A stretch of 45,043 nucleotides of DNA from a virus (Duplodnaviria > Caudoviricetes). Below are positions 25,035 through 34,794 of the stretch, in pieces. Each line of letters begins with the position of its first letter. The first letter of the stretch is position 1. The DNA is taken from positions 1 to 45,043 of the IMG/VR virus record IMGVR_UViG_3300032218_004038, one strand, 5' to 3'. Made by a program: the position numbers and the translations under genes. A model generated the notes under the pieces. It ran no database searches and was not told where the DNA came from. It saw only the letters and a program-made list of their open reading frames with translations.

Positions 25035-28000
25035 TGCGGTTGACCCTGTGGAGATTGTTGGACTTGTTGTTGTCGCATCTTAAGCATCGCACTGATCGGA
25101 TCATTAGGGAACAGCGTAGGGTACATCAACGGGATGTTCGGGGCTGAAGGAGGAGGCGGTGCCTTGAAGGGTTCGGTGCGCAAGTTGTACCCCGTGGTTG
25201 GGGGCGCAGGAGGCAATCGACTCATCATCTCCCTAGCACTTGTGGCAGGCATGACAGGCAGGTCAGACATGTTGCCTACCGGTACTTTTTCCTCTTTGCG
25301 GACTTTTCTACTTGCTTCAAGATTAGCCGCCTGCACTGCTCTTGGCAAAATTTTGCCCATAGGTACGCCAATGCTTTGTAGTGCAGCAGCGGCCTGTTGT
25401 GCTTGAGACGGGGTGCCAATCGAAGAAAGTTTTTTGGCAAATTCTTTGTCTTCCAAAGCTTTGGTGAAGATGCGCTTGTACACATCATTCTCAAGGCTTG
25501 AAGCCAATCGAACCATCAGCGCCAACGCCCCTGTCTCAGGAGCGATCCGACCAACCGCCGCTTCACGCATGGTCGTAGTCAAGAACTGAATACCTGAACC
25601 AAACAGCCGTTTGAGGCTCTGATCCAACGATTCAAACTCAGGAATCTGCCCGGTAACCCCGGCAAAAGCGTTAACCCGGCGTTGCAGATCCGCCAGCGTT
25701 TTTAAATCGGCAAGGTGGCCGGTCCCATTGAACAGGACGGCCAAAGACTTCTCGTTTGTGTCCAAGAAAGTCTTCAATGCCCCGCCACCCTTTGCGCCCT
25801 TGGTAGCTGTGTCGTACACAGAACGTCGAAGCGCGGCCAGCATTTCTGGATCACCGCTCATCTGCGTCACAAGCTTTCTCATGACCGCAGGATCGCGCAG
25901 CGCCACCGCCATGGTTTGACTTGGATCGGCATCCGGACGTGCTGCTTTATTAAGCACGTTATCCAGTTCCGAATCCATGGCATTGACCCGGCGCTGGTCA
26001 AGTTGCCCCAGCCGGTTCACGTAGTCATCTGCCATCTGGACCTCATTGTCCAACATGGCCCGAAATTCCGGCGGCAGGCTGTCAACAATGTTCTTGTTTT
26101 TGGCCAGAACACTGCGAATCATTTTGGGATCGACAAGCCCTTCCTTGTTGACTACACCTTTGGTGCGCAGCCAATCAATCAGACCACGTTGCAAAAACTC
26201 TTGCGCCTGCGATCCTCCGCCAAGGGTTGTCTGAAGTTGGCGAAGACGATCCGCATTACTAAACGCCACTCGCATCAGATCTTCGTTCGGCAGTAAAAAC
26301 TCTTTCCCTCCACGTTTAGTCGTGGTCATCAGCAGGGGCAAGCTATTTTCATATGCCGCGTTATAGTCATCAATGACGGATTTGAGCCCTTGATACTCAT
26401 TGCGTAACCGCGGAGCGCGGTCCAAGACTAATTTTTCAACATCCTTGAACACCTGATCACCAGTATCGAGCAAGCGCTGGGCATCGGTGATCCGGGCGCG
26501 ACCCTTGGTCATTGCCGCGTTGTACCTGCCCAGTTGGTCGTTCTTAAAGCGAATTGCCGCTTCTAGCGTATCCAGCGCTTCCGGAACGTTCAAATCAATC
26601 TTGGTGTTTTCCTTGGCAATCCGGGCAGCATCTTCGGCAATCTTTGCTGGATTGATTTTGATGGAAGTGCCGGGGATTACTCGAAAACTGACTGAACCAT
26701 CCGCGTTTACTTTAGGAGGACTGGCGCGTCCAATCAACTCTTCCGCGGTCACCGCCTTTTTGTTCTTCGGAGGAGCCTTTAGGCCCGCATTCTCAAAATA
26801 CTGAAGGATGTTTTGCTTGGCCAAAGCAATGAATTCTGGGTCAACGGTTTTGCCAATAGCTTCCAACTCTTCACTGATGGCAGAGTCCAGAAGCTGCGAA
26901 GCCATCTGGCCTTCCATCCGCGCCCGGTTAGACAACTGCGTTTTGACAAACGTGTCCAGCCACTTCAGTGGCTCAGGCATCGGAGTGCGAGCCGAGGGGC
27001 GGTTGATCGTGTACTTTTGCAGCAGAGAAATCGCCGCATCTTCCATGTCGTTGGCGTCATACAAAGACTTGCCAACGTTGTCCCGGGTCGATTGAACCAG
27101 CCCTTCCGGTGACAAGCCTTCTCGCAGGCCCATGCGACCCAAAACTTTAGCTCGCATGGAGGCATCCATCTCCATGCCTGCCATGATCACGCCGCGCAAT
27201 TCGTTATTTACCTGATCGATATTCTGTGGGCCAAGCCGCTCCGATATGGCCAAAACTTCCGCATCGGTCAAATCTTTTCTTTGTCGGAGAAGCCCTTCAA
27301 AGAATGCTTGTCGATCTGCTTGTGCTGCTCGGAACGCTTCCTCCACAGGCTTGCGGGCTTGGGGGGAGAAGGTGGAGAAGAGGTCGTCAAGCTTTTGTTG
27401 ATTTTCATTGATTCGAGCTTTAACAGATTTGATCTCATTTGGACCAAGCTGCTCAAGCAGTCTGGTCTTTTCTGACAGCAACGGGCCGTAGAGCGTTTGC
27501 TCGGCCACGTCAAACATAAAACCGGCGTTCGCGACCCGAGGATCGGCCATCGCGGTACGTAACTGAGCCAGTGCCGCCTGTGCCTCTGGGCTGTTGGCAA
27601 TTGGGCCAAACACGTTCTCAAGTTTGCGCTCGGCATTCTTGATGAAAAGCTTTGGCAGGATATTGATGACCGGGGTTTTTCCAAACCGAACTTCGTTCAA
27701 TACCTCTTGCTCTGTCTCGTTCAGCGTTCCGGTGTTGAGTTTTCCTTGGATGTACTGCGCTCCCTTCTTGGCACCAAAAATAGTAGGCGACAAATGCAGA
27801 GCAAGAGGGCCGCCCAAAAACGCTGCGGCGGGCAGGATGTCTTTGTACAGTTCCTTGTTGGGGTTGGACTCGTCTACGTTCTCTTCAATGGCCTGACGAA
27901 ATCCCTCATACGCTGAATTAAACGCGATATCAGTTGCCGCAGCAACGCCGGGACTGCGCTGAACAAACTTAATAGCATCATTTGCGATACCCTTTAAAAC

Positions 28001-28426
28001 ACCTGCTGCGGGTTGTGCGGCGGTGACCATAGGCCGAGACAATGCTGCCCAACTCAAAATACCGGTCAGCGGCAAACCACTACCAATCCCGCCAGCAATA
28101 GCCCTTGTGTACCGCTCTTCTGAATTGACAGGGGCTTTCTCTCCGCGGTTGAAAAACTTGCCAAGTGTAAATACTTGGTTGTCATCCATGCCCAGCGCTT
28201 TGCCAATACCCTTGGTGGCAAGATCGGGCAACGCAAAAAGAGCGGAGTTAAATCCCCATGATGCCTGCTGCGCTAATCCAAATGCCCGGTCTGACCCTTC
28301 CTTGACCACATCTGGCGCTGTGGCCTTCAGAGGTTCTTGTTCAGTAGGGGCACCTTCTGCTCGACCGACAACCTCTCCGGTTGTCATGTCAACCATCTCA
28401 CCAAGGGCGTTTTGGATTACGGCCAT
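25031..28426 (-). CDS. Large internal virion / ejection protein (1131 aa)
   Basis: Largest ORF, predicted helical, last of a series of large genes after the tail genes as in podovirus ejection modules. Confidence 0.6.
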   Translation of the reverse strand: MAVIQNALGEMVDMTTGEVVGRAEGAPTEQEPLKATAPDVVKEGSDRAFGLAQQASWGFNSALFALPDLATKGIGKALGMDDNQVFTLGKFFNRGEKAPVNSEERYTRAIAGGIGSGLPLTGILSWAALSRPMVTAAQPAAGVLKGIANDAIKFVQRSPGVAAATDIAFNSAYEGFRQAIEENVDESNPNKELYKDILPAAAFLGGPLALHLSPTIFGAKKGAQYIQGKLNTGTLNETEQEVLNEVRFGKTPVINILPKLFIKNAERKLENVFGPIANSPEAQAALAQLRTAMADPRVANAGFMFDVAEQTLYGPLLSEKTRLLEQLGPNEIKSVKARINENQQKLDDLFSTFSPQARKPVEEAFRAAQADRQAFFEGLLRQRKDLTDAEVLAISERLGPQNIDQVNNELRGVIMAGMEMDASMRAKVLGRMGLREGLSPEGLVQSTRDNVGKSLYDANDMEDAAISLLQKYTINRPSARTPMPEPLKWLDTFVKTQLSNRARMEGQMASQLLDSAISEELEAIGKTVDPEFIALAKQNILQYFENAGLKAPPKNKKAVTAEELIGRASPPKVNADGSVSFRVIPGTSIKINPAKIAEDAARIAKENTKIDLNVPEALDTLEAAIRFKNDQLGRYNAAMTKGRARITDAQRLLDTGDQVFKDVEKLVLDRAPRLRNEYQGLKSVIDDYNAAYENSLPLLMTTTKRGGKEFLLPNEDLMRVAFSNADRLRQLQTTLGGGSQAQEFLQRGLIDWLRTKGVVNKEGLVDPKMIRSVLAKNKNIVDSLPPEFRAMLDNEVQMADDYVNRLGQLDQRRVNAMDSELDNVLNKAARPDADPSQTMAVALRDPAVMRKLVTQMSGDPEMLAALRRSVYDTATKGAKGGGALKTFLDTNEKSLAVLFNGTGHLADLKTLADLQRRVNAFAGVTGQIPEFESLDQSLKRLFGSGIQFLTTTMREAAVGRIAPETGALALMVRLASSLENDVYKRIFTKALEDKEFAKKLSSIGTPSQAQQAAAALQSIGVPMGKILPRAVQAANLEASRKVRKEEKVPVGNMSDLPVMPATSAREMMSRLPPAPPTTGYNLRTEPFKAPPPPSAPNIPLMYPTLFPNDPISAMLKMRQQQVQQSPQGQPQ

Positions 28427-30816
28427 TATTGCATCAGCCCTCGAAGCTGGGTTGGGGAGAACGGCTTGACTTGGTTATTGGGCAACCGCAAGTAAACCGT
28501 CGCCTTCGGGTCTTGGTACTTGCCAATTGTGCCAGCAAGGAACGTGAACATCCGCTTTTGCTCTGCTGGATCTGCCGGAATAGTAAACGGATCGGACTGG
28601 GTGCCGGTGTTGGGCGTCTGCATGACGTAGTCATTACCCTCATACCCAAGCTGAGAAAGAACCTGCTGACGAGAATTCCGAAGCGTTGCTTCCATAGCAT
28701 TGAACTGCTTCGCAGCAATCTCTTTGTTGGCAAAGAACGCCGTAGGATCGCTGATCCCCTTGGCTGTATCACGCGCCCACTGTTGCTCCTGCACCGCTAC
28801 CCTGCCGTTGTCGTTGGCAGAAGCAATGTTCTTCAGGATGCCGTTCATGCCCGTGCTGATCCGGGTAGAAGCATCTACCAAATCCAGATTTGGGTTGATC
28901 GCTCCTGCGGAGACTGGAACCAAGAGATTGTTGACCTTATCACTGAACCACGTGCCGGGGCTATATGCACTGGCATATGTCCCCTTCAGGTTAGACAACG
29001 TGGACAAGCTGTTGTCCAGTGAACGCAGAGTATTGCCTAGCTTGATGCGCTCCGCTTTGTCTGTTTCAACAGCAAGTGGCGACTGACCGCGGTTCTGCAC
29101 AAAAGGATTGTCCGTTGGCCGCAGCGTGTACGAACTGGTAATTGCAGAACGAACTGCCGGATCTTCCGGGTCAATCTTTGGCGAACCAAGCAAAGAACCA
29201 TTGGTCTTGACGATGCGCATACCCATGCCGCCATCCTCAACCACAGGCTGATACTTGCCAGAGGCCGCGGCCTGTGCCTTGAGTACGTCGTAGTCGCCCT
29301 TAAGAACGGCAAGTTGCAGTTGTTGAGCAAACTTGTCCTGCGCATCCACACTTGTAATTGCTTGTTGCAGTGCAGCAGTGTTGACCTTGATGTTGTTTTC
29401 TTTGGCCTGAGCGACAAGAGTGGCCAGACCTTTGGGCATCCCGGACAACGCTTCGCCAAGCGCCATGCCCATGGTGGGCTGCTTGGAAGCCGCCAATTTG
29501 AACCCGGCATCCGACAACAATAACAAAGCGTTGGTGCGAATGTCGTCCTGCGAGCCAGAATCGCCAAGCAATTCTTTGAACAGCGGGGCGTACTCTTTTT
29601 GTGCCGCTTTAATCCGCTCAATTTTGCCTTTTTCATCCGGCGTTTTTGCTGCCGCCGCTGTAAGAAAGTCCGTCAAAGACGTAGGCTTGGTTTCTGCTGC
29701 CGCTGCTGTTGCTGCTGTTGCTGCTGGAGTCTCCGATGTAACCGAAGGTGGCATTCCTATTTTAAAAGGAGCAGGCGGCTCTTTCGCCATGGAAACCTTA
29801 GGCGGTTCACCGGTAAAAATGCTGTAGTCCTTTGCTGCCGAAGTAGGAGCAGGTGTAGACGGCACCATAATCTGCCGTCCTTGCGCATTCAGTTCCGTAG
29901 GTGGGATCTGAGCAATACGAGCAGCCTGTTCTTTTGCTTCAGCAGAATCAGGAGCTAACGTTCCTGCTCCACCACTTAGGCCCATCGCGGCAAGCAATCC
30001 GCCTCCCAGTCCAACGACCGGGGTAGATACTTTATCTAAAACAGCCGCGGTCCGCGGATATTCAGCCGCTGCCCGATCAGCGAGGTTACCCATGTAGCTG
30101 GTCAGGGTCGGATAATTTAGGATACGCTCAGACGTAAACCGACCGCCCGGTCCGCGCACATTTTCAAACACAACGTTTGCCGTCGTGGGGAATGCCTTGG
30201 ACAGGGCTTCGCCTGCGGCCTGATTGGCTTGTGTTCCAAGTCTCGATCCAAATTCCGCCGCCCGCTGCACTGGGCCGGAAACCATCTGCGCCAACCGGGT
30301 GCCCATGTTGACAAACGCCCCCGCTTGGGCGTGAATTGGGGGAAGACCGTCTGGGGTAGGCGGAGCTTGTTCAGCCCCGCCCGCCGGGAAAGGGCCTTGG
30401 GGTCCTCCCGATGGAGGCATTCCCGGTGGAGCGCCCGGAGGTTGACCACCGGGTGGTGGCATATTTGGCGGAGGAGCCATCCCCTGCATTTGCGGCAGGC
30501 CAGCAATACCTTGTTGCTGGGGCTGCTGTTGTTGAGCAAGTTGCGCCTGCAAAAGGGCAAGAACCTCGGGCGGCGTTCCTCGAGCAGCTTTGTCGCCCAC
30601 TAGGTCAGCAAGCTCCGAGTACCGGGCATCGGTCGAACGCATGTCTCCGCGAAGCGTGTTCATCAGAATCTCAGGATTCTGTGGAGTACGTGCCATTGGC
30701 GGCATTTCTTCCATGCCGCTGTCGTCCTCAAAGCCCTGCATGATTCCACTATTACGAGCGGATTTTGGCAAAGGTTTTGCAAACATGGCCCGTTTAAGAA
30801 CTTCGTCGCGCATCAT
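28426..30816 (-). CDS. Internal virion / ejection protein (796 aa)
   Basis: P/Q-rich N-terminus, A/G-rich helical body; position in the late operon. Confidence 0.6.
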   Translation of the reverse strand: MMRDEVLKRAMFAKPLPKSARNSGIMQGFEDDSGMEEMPPMARTPQNPEILMNTLRGDMRSTDARYSELADLVGDKAARGTPPEVLALLQAQLAQQQQPQQQGIAGLPQMQGMAPPPNMPPPGGQPPGAPPGMPPSGGPQGPFPAGGAEQAPPTPDGLPPIHAQAGAFVNMGTRLAQMVSGPVQRAAEFGSRLGTQANQAAGEALSKAFPTTANVVFENVRGPGGRFTSERILNYPTLTSYMGNLADRAAAEYPRTAAVLDKVSTPVVGLGGGLLAAMGLSGGAGTLAPDSAEAKEQAARIAQIPPTELNAQGRQIMVPSTPAPTSAAKDYSIFTGEPPKVSMAKEPPAPFKIGMPPSVTSETPAATAATAAAAETKPTSLTDFLTAAAAKTPDEKGKIERIKAAQKEYAPLFKELLGDSGSQDDIRTNALLLLSDAGFKLAASKQPTMGMALGEALSGMPKGLATLVAQAKENNIKVNTAALQQAITSVDAQDKFAQQLQLAVLKGDYDVLKAQAAASGKYQPVVEDGGMGMRIVKTNGSLLGSPKIDPEDPAVRSAITSSYTLRPTDNPFVQNRGQSPLAVETDKAERIKLGNTLRSLDNSLSTLSNLKGTYASAYSPGTWFSDKVNNLLVPVSAGAINPNLDLVDASTRISTGMNGILKNIASANDNGRVAVQEQQWARDTAKGISDPTAFFANKEIAAKQFNAMEATLRNSRQQVLSQLGYEGNDYVMQTPNTGTQSDPFTIPADPAEQKRMFTFLAGTIGKYQDPKATVYLRLPNNQVKPFSPTQLRGLMQ

Positions 30817-30822
30817 GCTTCC

Positions 30823-32049
30823 TTAAATAATTCCGGCGGACTTGGCCGCTGCCCCGCCTGCAACAATCCCGGTACCCAGTCCAGCAATTTGTTGGAACGG
30901 ACTTGGTGTTGCCGATGTCTGCTGGGTAAGGGCCATCTGCGAAGTTGGGGCCCCTTTGTAGATGTCCGAAATAAAGCCCAACTGCTGATACGGCTGCTGC
31001 GCGTTTTGCATCTGCGTTGCCCGCAGAGCATCCAATTCGCGTTGTTGCTGTTGCTGCTGTTGGCCACCGAGGTTGTACAGGAAATTAACGTCGTTTTGCC
31101 CCATGGCCTGTGCTGCTTGACCCAACTGAGCCTGCTGCGCACCCATCCCGGCCAACTGACCGCCATACCCGGCAAGCCCTTGGCTGATGCCTTGGCCAAT
31201 ATTGAACTGTTGATTGGCCAGATTGCCAATCCCTTGCGCCAGTTGCTGACCAAGTTGAGACTGTTGGCCATAAATGTTGGCCTGCTGACCAGCAAGCTGA
31301 CCGCCCATGCCCGCAGCACTTTGATAGCCCTGCGCCTGAGCAAGCTGACGCTGCTTTTGCTGCTCAAACGCAGTCATGGCATTTGCCTGCGCTTGGCTAT
31401 AGCCTTGGCTCATCAATTGGGCAGCGGTATTTGCCTTTTGTTGCATTAGATCCCGATCCAACGCAGCACGCGCAACCGATTGACGCGATCCGCCAAACGC
31501 TCCCGCTGCAACAGCACGTGCGCCTTCTTGTTGGCGAGCCAGCGCTCCTTGCCGTTCAATCTCCCGCATCGAGTTATCAACAACACTTTGTTGATACGGA
31601 TCCATGAAAGCTTGCGCCATGTAAGGGTTATACCCTTGCGCAGCACCGTACAGCGATCCAATACCTTGGTTCAACGTGCCCTGAGCCTGCCGAATACCGC
31701 GCTGCGCTTGCCCCATCTGTTGAATAGGCATGGCCGCCTGATTCAAAGCGGTTTGCGCTGCACCAAATTGACCTCGAGTATCCGCTCCACGCAGCATGTT
31801 GGCCGCTTGGCCAACCATCTGGGTTCCACGACCCACATTTTGTGTGCCAGCTTGTAGGTACGGAGCGTAAGCACCAATCCCCTGTTCTCCCGCATACAGC
31901 GCAGCATATTGCTGCGGGCTCATCCCCGCTACTTGATAAGCGGGAAGCTCCGGGGCTTGCAGGTTGGTAGCAGCAGCTAATAGATTCTTTTTATAGGCTT
32001 CAATCTCCGGCGATTCGGAGATGATTTGCTGTTGGACATCAGTGGTCAT
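30823..32049 (-). CDS. Q/A/G-rich DNA-injection (pilot-like) protein
   Basis: FMDPYQQSVVD...AGAFGGSRQ motif, glycine-rich amphipathic C-terminus. Confidence 0.65.
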   Translation of the reverse strand: MTTDVQQQIISESPEIEAYKKNLLAAATNLQAPELPAYQVAGMSPQQYAALYAGEQGIGAYAPYLQAGTQNVGRGTQMVGQAANMLRGADTRGQFGAAQTALNQAAMPIQQMGQAQRGIRQAQGTLNQGIGSLYGAAQGYNPYMAQAFMDPYQQSVVDNSMREIERQGALARQQEGARAVAAGAFGGSRQSVARAALDRDLMQQKANTAAQLMSQGYSQAQANAMTAFEQQKQRQLAQAQGYQSAAGMGGQLAGQQANIYGQQSQLGQQLAQGIGNLANQQFNIGQGISQGLAGYGGQLAGMGAQQAQLGQAAQAMGQNDVNFLYNLGGQQQQQQQRELDALRATQMQNAQQPYQQLGFISDIYKGAPTSQMALTQQTSATPSPFQQIAGLGTGIVAGGAAAKSAGII

Positions 32050-32052
32050 TTC

Positions 32053-34644
32053 TTATCCCCGGGCCGCGTTTCGTTCAAGTTGATGCATGAGGGCGTACAT
32101 GCGTTTTGCTCCTTGACGAGCGCTGCCTCCGCCTGCTGCGCGAACCGCTTTGGCGGTAAACACAAACTCATTGTTGGACAGCATGGCAGGGATAGAATCG
32201 GAAGTCTCGGTCCCCGGACCGTTGATTGCTCCCGTCATCCGAGGATACCCTCCTTGCGCCAAAGAGGCAATTCCACCGTCCGCCATCGTACGATTCTCCC
32301 TTCTGTCTCTGACCGGAGGCGGACGAAGATTGGAGTACATCGAAGAAGTGTTATAGGGCTGAGGAACGCGGCCCGTTGTCCGAGGCACCGTTGGGAACAT
32401 CTGCGCCGCGGCGGCAGGATTCAGGCTTGGATACATGCGTTTGGCAAGATCTTGCCCTTGCGTCATACCCGCAGCTTGTGCTGCCGACATGACTCCTGCC
32501 GGATGGGCAAGCGCATAGTCCTGTGCAGTCAGTTGAGAGCGCAATCCGGCAAGTGCCTGAAGAGCATTGGTGTGCTTTTGCGTCCCAAACTCCGCGCTTC
32601 CAAGAATTGTTTTTTCCATGTCGATACGCTGCTGCAAAGCATCTCTTTGCTGCTGCGGCGTAGCTGGAACAGGATTTGGAATAGGAGGTCCAACTGGATC
32701 AACTAGGTTGGTCGTAGTGGGTGCCGCGGCTACCGGAGGCGGGGTTACAGGTGCCACAACAGGCGGCGTTACCGGACCTACAGAAGGCTGCGTTATAGGA
32801 GAAGTTGGGGCAGGAGGCCCATACGAAATAGGAACCTGCTGGCCATCAGAGTCAGTAAAAAAAGATTCGTCTACAGAGCCGCCCTGCGCGTAACCGCGGT
32901 ACGCGGTCAATGGAGCGGAAGGCGTCATCATGTACGGGCTGATTGCGTTGCTCTCAACCCGAACGTCGTTCATGCTGTATGGTGAAGACCAAGGTGAAGA
33001 ACCGATGATCTCGCCCTTGTCGTTGTACTGGATACCAAACCGGCCCAAACCCTTGGCCGTATATGCGCCGGGGTTTTCTTCTACTTTCTTGCGTTGAGCG
33101 GCAATGCTGTCAACCATTGCTTGCTGACCAGCATTGAGTTGCACCGGGGTTTTCTTGAACCCGCCAGACAAGCCCATGATCCCAAGCCCCGCAGCTACTG
33201 CTGGAGCATATGTCCTGACCGCCCCCGGAGCGCCCATGGCTTCTGCCGTCTTGGACATCAACTCGTTGCCCTTGAAGCCCAGTGCTTGATACGTTTGCAG
33301 TTCAGGAGACGCCAAAATCTGTGCTTCGGTAGGCGAAGGAGGCATGAAGGCGTTTTTCAAGCCCTCTGTAAACCCTTTTTCTTGAAACCCTTCAAAAATC
33401 CCTAGCGGTTTTTGGAATCCACCGGGGGCAGCGGCAGGAGCGGCACCCGCTGCGGCAGAAGCGGCAGCAGGAGGTCGAACCGCCGAATTGGCGTTCACCT
33501 GATCCATGTTTTTTTGCCACGCTTCCTTATATCCGGACTCCGAAGTCGGAGTAGGCCCCATAGCTGCTTCACGGGCATCAAGCGCCGCAGAATCGGCAGC
33601 GTTATAGCCCATGCCGCGCTCCATTCCCGGAATATTTGCAGGACTGGTGGGATTGCTGGAAGCATACGTGCCCAAACCAGCAATCAACCCACTACCCACC
33701 GCCTGTTTAAGGCTCTGTCCGGACAACAGCCCGACACCGGTCCCAGCAAGACCGCTTGCTAATCCTAGTTGCGCCGCATTACTCAACCCCGGAGCAAGCG
33801 CTCCAAGCCCAGCCCCCACCGCCGACGTAATTGGACTGGTTGGCCCAGCCAAATAGCCTACCGCGGCGCTCTTCAGAACATCTTTAAGTTTTCCACCCGT
33901 AAGCGCGGTCACCGCTCCGGAAGCCAAGGGCATTGCCATGGCACCCAAGCCCAATCCAGAAAAGCCCAATGCCCCCGGACCGAGGAACGCGGCCAAAGCT
34001 ACCGTGCCAAGAATCCTTCCAACCGGGGATTTGAGTACGCCCTTGACGGCGTTAACTACGCCCTTAAAAGGCGAAGTGACACTCTTGACTAAGCTGCTCC
34101 AGAAATCATACTCAGGCAGCCCTGTTTTAGGGTTAATTGTCCCCATGCCGCCATGACGCTTGAGCATCCGCGCTTCTTGCGGATTGATGTGCGCCAGCAT
34201 CGTATCGTTTCCGCGGCCAAGCGAAGCCAAACCACCTTGAGCAAACTGTTGCGGCTGACTTGCGCCACGGGAGCGCCGCGCCTCGAGAATGACCGCGCCC
34301 AGCGCAGCCAAGAATTCTGGGTCATGCTCAGGCGGGAAATCGCCCTCATCCACCAGACCGGCTTGCACCAAGTCCGCCACAGACTGCGCGTACTTATCCG
34401 GGTTATCGCTCAGGTACTGAACAATTTGCAGCAGCTTGTCCAGATCTTCATCCGACATTTCTTGCAGATTGGGCAGGATCTGGTCCATACCCTGCTGCAA
34501 CATGCCAGCAGCCTCGGGCAACGATTCTTGGACCCCGCTGCGTACAGCATCGTAAGCATCGTCCAGCCCTAATTGCGGTTGCTGCATTTGTGCAGCTTCC
34601 GGCAGGGCCATAATTCCTTGGTCTGCTGCCATGTCAGTACTCAC
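32053..34644 (-). CDS. Internal virion protein (863 aa) with glycine-rich hydrophobic segments
   Basis: GRGNDTMLAHINPQE...GTINPKTGLPEY and C-terminal GPGTETSDSIPAMLSNNEFVFTAKAV; start GTG 34644 or ATG 34632. Confidence 0.7.
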   Translation of the reverse strand: MSTDMAADQGIMALPEAAQMQQPQLGLDDAYDAVRSGVQESLPEAAGMLQQGMDQILPNLQEMSDEDLDKLLQIVQYLSDNPDKYAQSVADLVQAGLVDEGDFPPEHDPEFLAALGAVILEARRSRGASQPQQFAQGGLASLGRGNDTMLAHINPQEARMLKRHGGMGTINPKTGLPEYDFWSSLVKSVTSPFKGVVNAVKGVLKSPVGRILGTVALAAFLGPGALGFSGLGLGAMAMPLASGAVTALTGGKLKDVLKSAAVGYLAGPTSPITSAVGAGLGALAPGLSNAAQLGLASGLAGTGVGLLSGQSLKQAVGSGLIAGLGTYASSNPTSPANIPGMERGMGYNAADSAALDAREAAMGPTPTSESGYKEAWQKNMDQVNANSAVRPPAAASAAAGAAPAAAPGGFQKPLGIFEGFQEKGFTEGLKNAFMPPSPTEAQILASPELQTYQALGFKGNELMSKTAEAMGAPGAVRTYAPAVAAGLGIMGLSGGFKKTPVQLNAGQQAMVDSIAAQRKKVEENPGAYTAKGLGRFGIQYNDKGEIIGSSPWSSPYSMNDVRVESNAISPYMMTPSAPLTAYRGYAQGGSVDESFFTDSDGQQVPISYGPPAPTSPITQPSVGPVTPPVVAPVTPPPVAAAPTTTNLVDPVGPPIPNPVPATPQQQRDALQQRIDMEKTILGSAEFGTQKHTNALQALAGLRSQLTAQDYALAHPAGVMSAAQAAGMTQGQDLAKRMYPSLNPAAAAQMFPTVPRTTGRVPQPYNTSSMYSNLRPPPVRDRRENRTMADGGIASLAQGGYPRMTGAINGPGTETSDSIPAMLSNNEFVFTAKAVRAAGGGSARQGAKRMYALMHQLERNAARG

Positions 34645-34790
34645 TTTTTCTTGGCCGTCTTGGCCGATTGCTTGAACGCCTTGTCCGTAGGAGCGCCAGC
34701 GGCTCCGGGTTTGCGCATTTTCTCACCACTACCGGCCTTTATGCGAGCTTGTTTGGCATGGATGTTGGCATAGAGTCCGGGTTTAGCCAT
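34641..34790 (-). CDS. Small basic protein (49 aa, not in ORF track)
   Basis: MAKPGLYANIHAKQARIKAGSGEKMRKPGAAGAPTDKAFKQSAKTAKKK*; fills the gap, GTGA coupling. Confidence 0.75.
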   Translation of the reverse strand: MAKPGLYANIHAKQARIKAGSGEKMRKPGAAGAPTDKAFKQSAKTAKKK

Positions 34791-34794
34791 GATT

